Source: Leucoraja ocellata
Taxonomy: Eukaryota
DNA length: 64,000 nt
Assembly (NCBI GenBank): GCA_036785375.1
Contig: JAWMAR010000227.1
Span: 3,286,001 to 3,350,000, forward strand
Direction: 5' to 3'
A program made the position numbers and the translations under genes. This document shows, piece after piece, positions 60,121 to 64,000 of this stretch (positions are counted from its first letter, which is position 1; each line of letters starts with the position of its first letter). Under the pieces are notes generated by a model. It saw nothing but the letters and a program-made list of their open reading frames with translations. It was not told the DNA's origin and ran no database searches.

Positions 60121-60712
60121 TTTAGTTTAGTTTATTGTCACGTATGAAAAGGAACAGTGAAAAGCTTTTGTTGCGTGCTAACTAACCAGCAGAAAGATAA
60201 ACCATAACTACAGTTGAGCCGTCCACAGTTTCCAGGTACAGGATAACAGGAATAACATTTAATGTAAGGTGGAGTCCAGTAAAGTCCAGATGAAAGCTAT
60301 TTAAGAAGGAACTGCAGATGCTGGAAAATCGAAGGTACACAAAAATGCTGGAGAAACTCAGCGGGTGCAGCAGCATCTATGGAGCGAAGGAAATAGGCAA
60401 CGTTTCGGCCCGAAACGTTGCCTATTTCCTTCGCTCCATAGATGCTGCTGCACCCGCTGAGTTTCTCCAGCATTTTTGTGTACCTCTGATTAAAGATAGT
60501 CTGAGAGTCTCCAGTGAGGTAGATAGTAGCTCAGGGCCACTCTCTAGTTGGTGATGGGGTGGTTCAGTAGCATGAGAACAGCTGACAAAGAACTGCCCGT
60601 GAATCTGGAGGTGTGCGTTTTCATACTTCTGTACCTCTTGTCTGATGGGGGAGAGAAGGAGAGGGAGTGACTGGTGTGAGACTCGTCCTTGATTATATTG
60701 GTGGCCTTGCCA
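60121..60712 (-). mobile_element. Rex1/Babar-type 3' end with a nested Penelope hairpin
   Basis: LGKATNIIKDESHTSHS..PPSDKRYRSMKTHTSRF peptide. Confidence 0.8.
60301..60485. mobile_element. Young Penelope fold-back unit, perfect palindrome at 60333-60485
   Basis: 76-bp arms (60333-60408 and 60410-60485) are exact reverse complements. Confidence 0.92.
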
Positions 60713-61366
60713 AGTCTGATCTGTACCATCTCTCTGTAATTATTTGACAAGCGATGGGTTCGAACAGATCTAACGAAAAATCTCTGAGACCAAGCAAACA
60801 ATATCAATGTGAAATACTGTCATTTGAATTTCTCTCACTCATAGGGACTACCTACTGGTTGTGTGCCTTTGTGAATACAAGCCACATTCCTGTGCCTGTT
60901 TCGAAGATTTCTTTTGCTGTTAATCCATTCAGTGAGTGCATACCCTCATTATACATTGGATTTCTTGCACCAGTGCTTGCAGTAATAGGGAAAAGATGTT
61001 TTAGTTATTCATTGTATTCATTTTAAAGCTGTGTTTTGGTCCAGTACTCCAGTTCAGAGATTGTGGATTTCACCCATCCAAATCAATGTTTCACAAAATA
61101 TGCTCCTTCGTGCCCATCTTGTCAACTTCTCCCTTTTCTCCCTGAGGTGAAATGTTCTTGTTGTTTGTTGGCACATCTCCATTTTGTGTCCCAGCCCTAT
61201 AACTAGCAATATTGTCCTGCTGAGAACTGTATAATTCGAGTGGTAGACTTTACAACAGTTGGCTTTACATTTTGGATTTGAACTGGGTTAAAAAATCATG
61301 TTGTCTTAATTGGAGATGCAAGCCGAACAGTTTGGGAACAAACAGGTAGTGTGTACCCTCTACTTT

Positions 61367-61402
61367 CAGTCTGAAGAAGGGTCCCAAGCCGAAACGTCAC
61401 CC
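61367..61402 (+). ncRNA. Hammerhead motif with intact core boxes and weakened stem II
   Basis: cagtCTGAAGAagggtcccaagccGAAAcgTCaccc. Confidence 0.55.
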
Positions 61403-61499
61403 ATCCTTTCCCCCCTGAGATGCTGCCTGATCCGCTGTGTTTCTCCAGCACTTTATGTCTGAAGTGTTTTCATTAAACAGTCAAGACTTCTGATGTATA

Positions 61500-62040
61500 T
61501 TCATAAGTTCATAGGTCATAGGAGCAGAATTAGACCATTCGGCCCAACGAGTCTACTCCGCCATTCAATCATGGCTTTCCCTGTCAAGCCCATTTTCCTG
61601 CCTTCTCCCCATAATCTCTGACATCCTTACTAATCAAGAATCTGTCAATCTCCGCTTTAAAAATACCCGATGACTTGGCCTCCACAGATTCCACAGATTC
61701 ATCACCTTCTGACTAAAGACATTTCTCTCCTTTCTAAAGGTATGTCCTTTTATTCTGAGGCTTGTCCCAGACTCTCCCAATAGTGGAAACATCCTCTCCA
61801 TATCCACTCTATCCAGACCTTTCGCTCGTCGGCATATTTCAATCGGGGTCCCAATGAATCTTTTAAACTCCAGTGAGTACAGGTCTGGTGCTGTCAAATG
61901 TTCATCATACATTAACCCAATCATCCCTGGAATCATTCTCGTAAACCTCAACTGGACCTTCTCCAACGCCAACACATCCCTCCTGAAAAATGGTCTGACC
62001 AGTGTCTTCTAAAGCCTCCGCATTTTATCCCTGCTTTTAT
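61500..62040 (-). mobile_element. Older CR1 fragment
   Basis: LALEKVQLRFTRMIPGM peptide. Confidence 0.8.
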
Positions 62041-62918
62041 ATTCAACGATAAACTGTACAGAATGACCTTTGTTTGTGGCCCTCCCTCTGGACTCTCAGA
62101 GAAATAGTTTCTCACCTGCTGAGATGGCCAGGAGCAATACACAGAAATACCAAAGCCACAAAAATATTATTAAGAATATTTATTTTTGCAGTTAGTCCAA
62201 CACAATACAGAAAGTCTGTGGAATATGCATCTACATGATCGAATGTATGCCTTGTACTCTAAGACACTTTGTATGTGATCAGCCTTTAATTAAATAGTCT
62301 GAATAATCTAAGTATTATGTTGGTGCCAATCGGCATCAACATGTGGCCAGGATTAATTTGTGGGACTATCTTGAGCAGAGAGTTAAGAGCATGGTGATGA
62401 TGCAGTGGTTACATTGTTACTAAGCATGAATGGATAGGAAAGGTATACACACCGATGAGCCAAATGCAGGCAATTGGAACTAGCCCAGTATGGGGCATCT
62501 TGGTCAGCATGGGCAGAGTGGGCCGAAGGGCCTGTTTCCATGCGGTGTGGCTCCAGTCATCGAACGAGTCATAGAGTCATACAGCATGGAGACAGGCACT
62601 TGGGCCCAACTTGCCCGTGCCGACCAAGATGCCTCATCTAGCTCTATGTCTCGATGACTAGAGTCTGGTCCATTGATTCAGAGGTGTAAGTTCAAAGTCT
62701 TGCCAGGCCAAATGAGAAAATCCATAGTATACTAAATACCTGAAGAAAATACAAATGGATCAGTACAAATCAATCCACTTTTTTTCCCCCAAGTTTCCCT
62801 TGCCCCTGACTTTCAGTGTGAAGAAGGGTCTCGATCCAAAACATCACCTTTTCCTTTTCTCCAGAGATGCTGCCTGACCCACTGTGTTACTCCAGCTTTT
62901 TGTGTCTAGCTCCACTTA

Positions 62919-63236
62919 TTTCTAGTTTAGTTCAGAGATACAGTACAGAAACAGGCCCTTCGGCCTACCAAACCCATGCCGACCAGCGATCACCCCACAC
63001 ACTGACACTATCCTGGACACCAAGTATAATTTACAATTTTTTCTACTGAAGCCAATTAAAGTACAACTCTGTACATCTTTGGAGTGTGGGAGGAAACCTG
63101 AGCACTCGGAGAAAACCCACGCAGTCACAGGGAAACGTACAAACATAGTACACCTGTACAGCACCTGTAGTCAGAATCAAACCCGGGTCTCTAGCGCTGT
63201 AAGGCAGCAACTCTACCGCTGCGCCACCGTGCCACC
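62919..63236 (-). mobile_element. HE1-type V-SINE
   Basis: Reverse complement of ggtggcacggtggcgcagcggtagag... Confidence 0.88.
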
Positions 63237-64000
63237 TCAGGGAAGAAAATTTGCCACCTATACCCAGTATAGTCTCTCTGAACATAGAACATAGAACAGT
63301 ACAACATAGCAATAGGCCCTTTGGCCCACAATATCTGTGCCATAGACTGTGCCGTTAAACTAATCCCCTCTGCCTGCATACGAGCCATATCTCTCAATTT
63401 CCTGCATATCCATAAAACAACTCAGACATCACTATCCAACCAGCCACCACCACCCATGTCATTCGTTAAATTCACAATATAGTTTTGTCAATTCAGAAGT
63501 CAAGAGCAGAATTAGGCCATTAGTCCCATCAAGTCTACTCCAAGGCTGATCTATTTTTCCCTCTCAACCCCATTCTCCTGCCTACTCAACATAACCCTTG
63601 ACACTATAATACTAATCAAGGGTTTTCACTCCACTATCTCCGTGTTTAAGGGGCAGGTGTGGATGGGCAATTAATGTCTGCCTTACTGCTGATGCCCGAT
63701 CCCTGTAGATAACATAATAAATGACCTAAGCTCGTTTAGCTGCATATTGTTCAAACTATCAATTCAAATCCAGAGCCCAGGGACGAAAATACATATTGTC
63801 TCATTCAGTCATTAGCTTAGCAAACAATTCCCCACTCGGTCAAAAAGCAAATAAAAGTATGGATTAACAAAGGCTTTACTGCTAAACCCCGATTAGAAGA
63901 AGAAAATTAGATTTTCCAAGCATTGAATAAAGACTCAAATTTAACTGGCAGTACAATGGCCAAATGTTCAGCTCAGTCCGCAGACCTTCCCCTGACTCTG

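Noticed and set aside
1-64000. CRISPR array or prokaryotic operon
   Set aside because: The recurring short motifs are dispersed retroelement pieces without regular spacers, and the DNA is eukaryotic with low coding density.

Overview
This is eukaryotic, repeat-dense, largely non-coding DNA with four N-gaps. The repeat set points to a cartilaginous fish, probably a skate or ray (inferred): HE1-type tRNA/V-SINEs with CR1 tails, several CR1 subfamilies, Rex1/Babar, L2 and Tx1 LINE fragments, Penelope-like elements, PIF/Harbinger and Tigger-type MITEs, and Helitron-like ends. No multi-exon host gene can be assembled, and most ORFs in the track are retroelement fragments or noise. The window looks like a long intron or gene desert. 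Main observations: (1) a CR1 copy at 55688-56070 carries about 20 A>G changes, none 3' of a G, which is the signature of ADAR hyper-editing apparently fixed in DNA; (2) more than 20 Penelope-derived units carry a minimal hammerhead-ribozyme motif, and many are fold-back palindromes that turn at that motif, including a perfect 76-bp-arm hairpin at 60333-60485; (3) a well-formed 15-nt neural-type microexon candidate at 8531-8545; (4) a 191-bp chimeric segment present twice, 24 kb apart. All alignments and counts were done by eye, and repeat boundaries are approximate unless a target-site duplication (TSD) is given.
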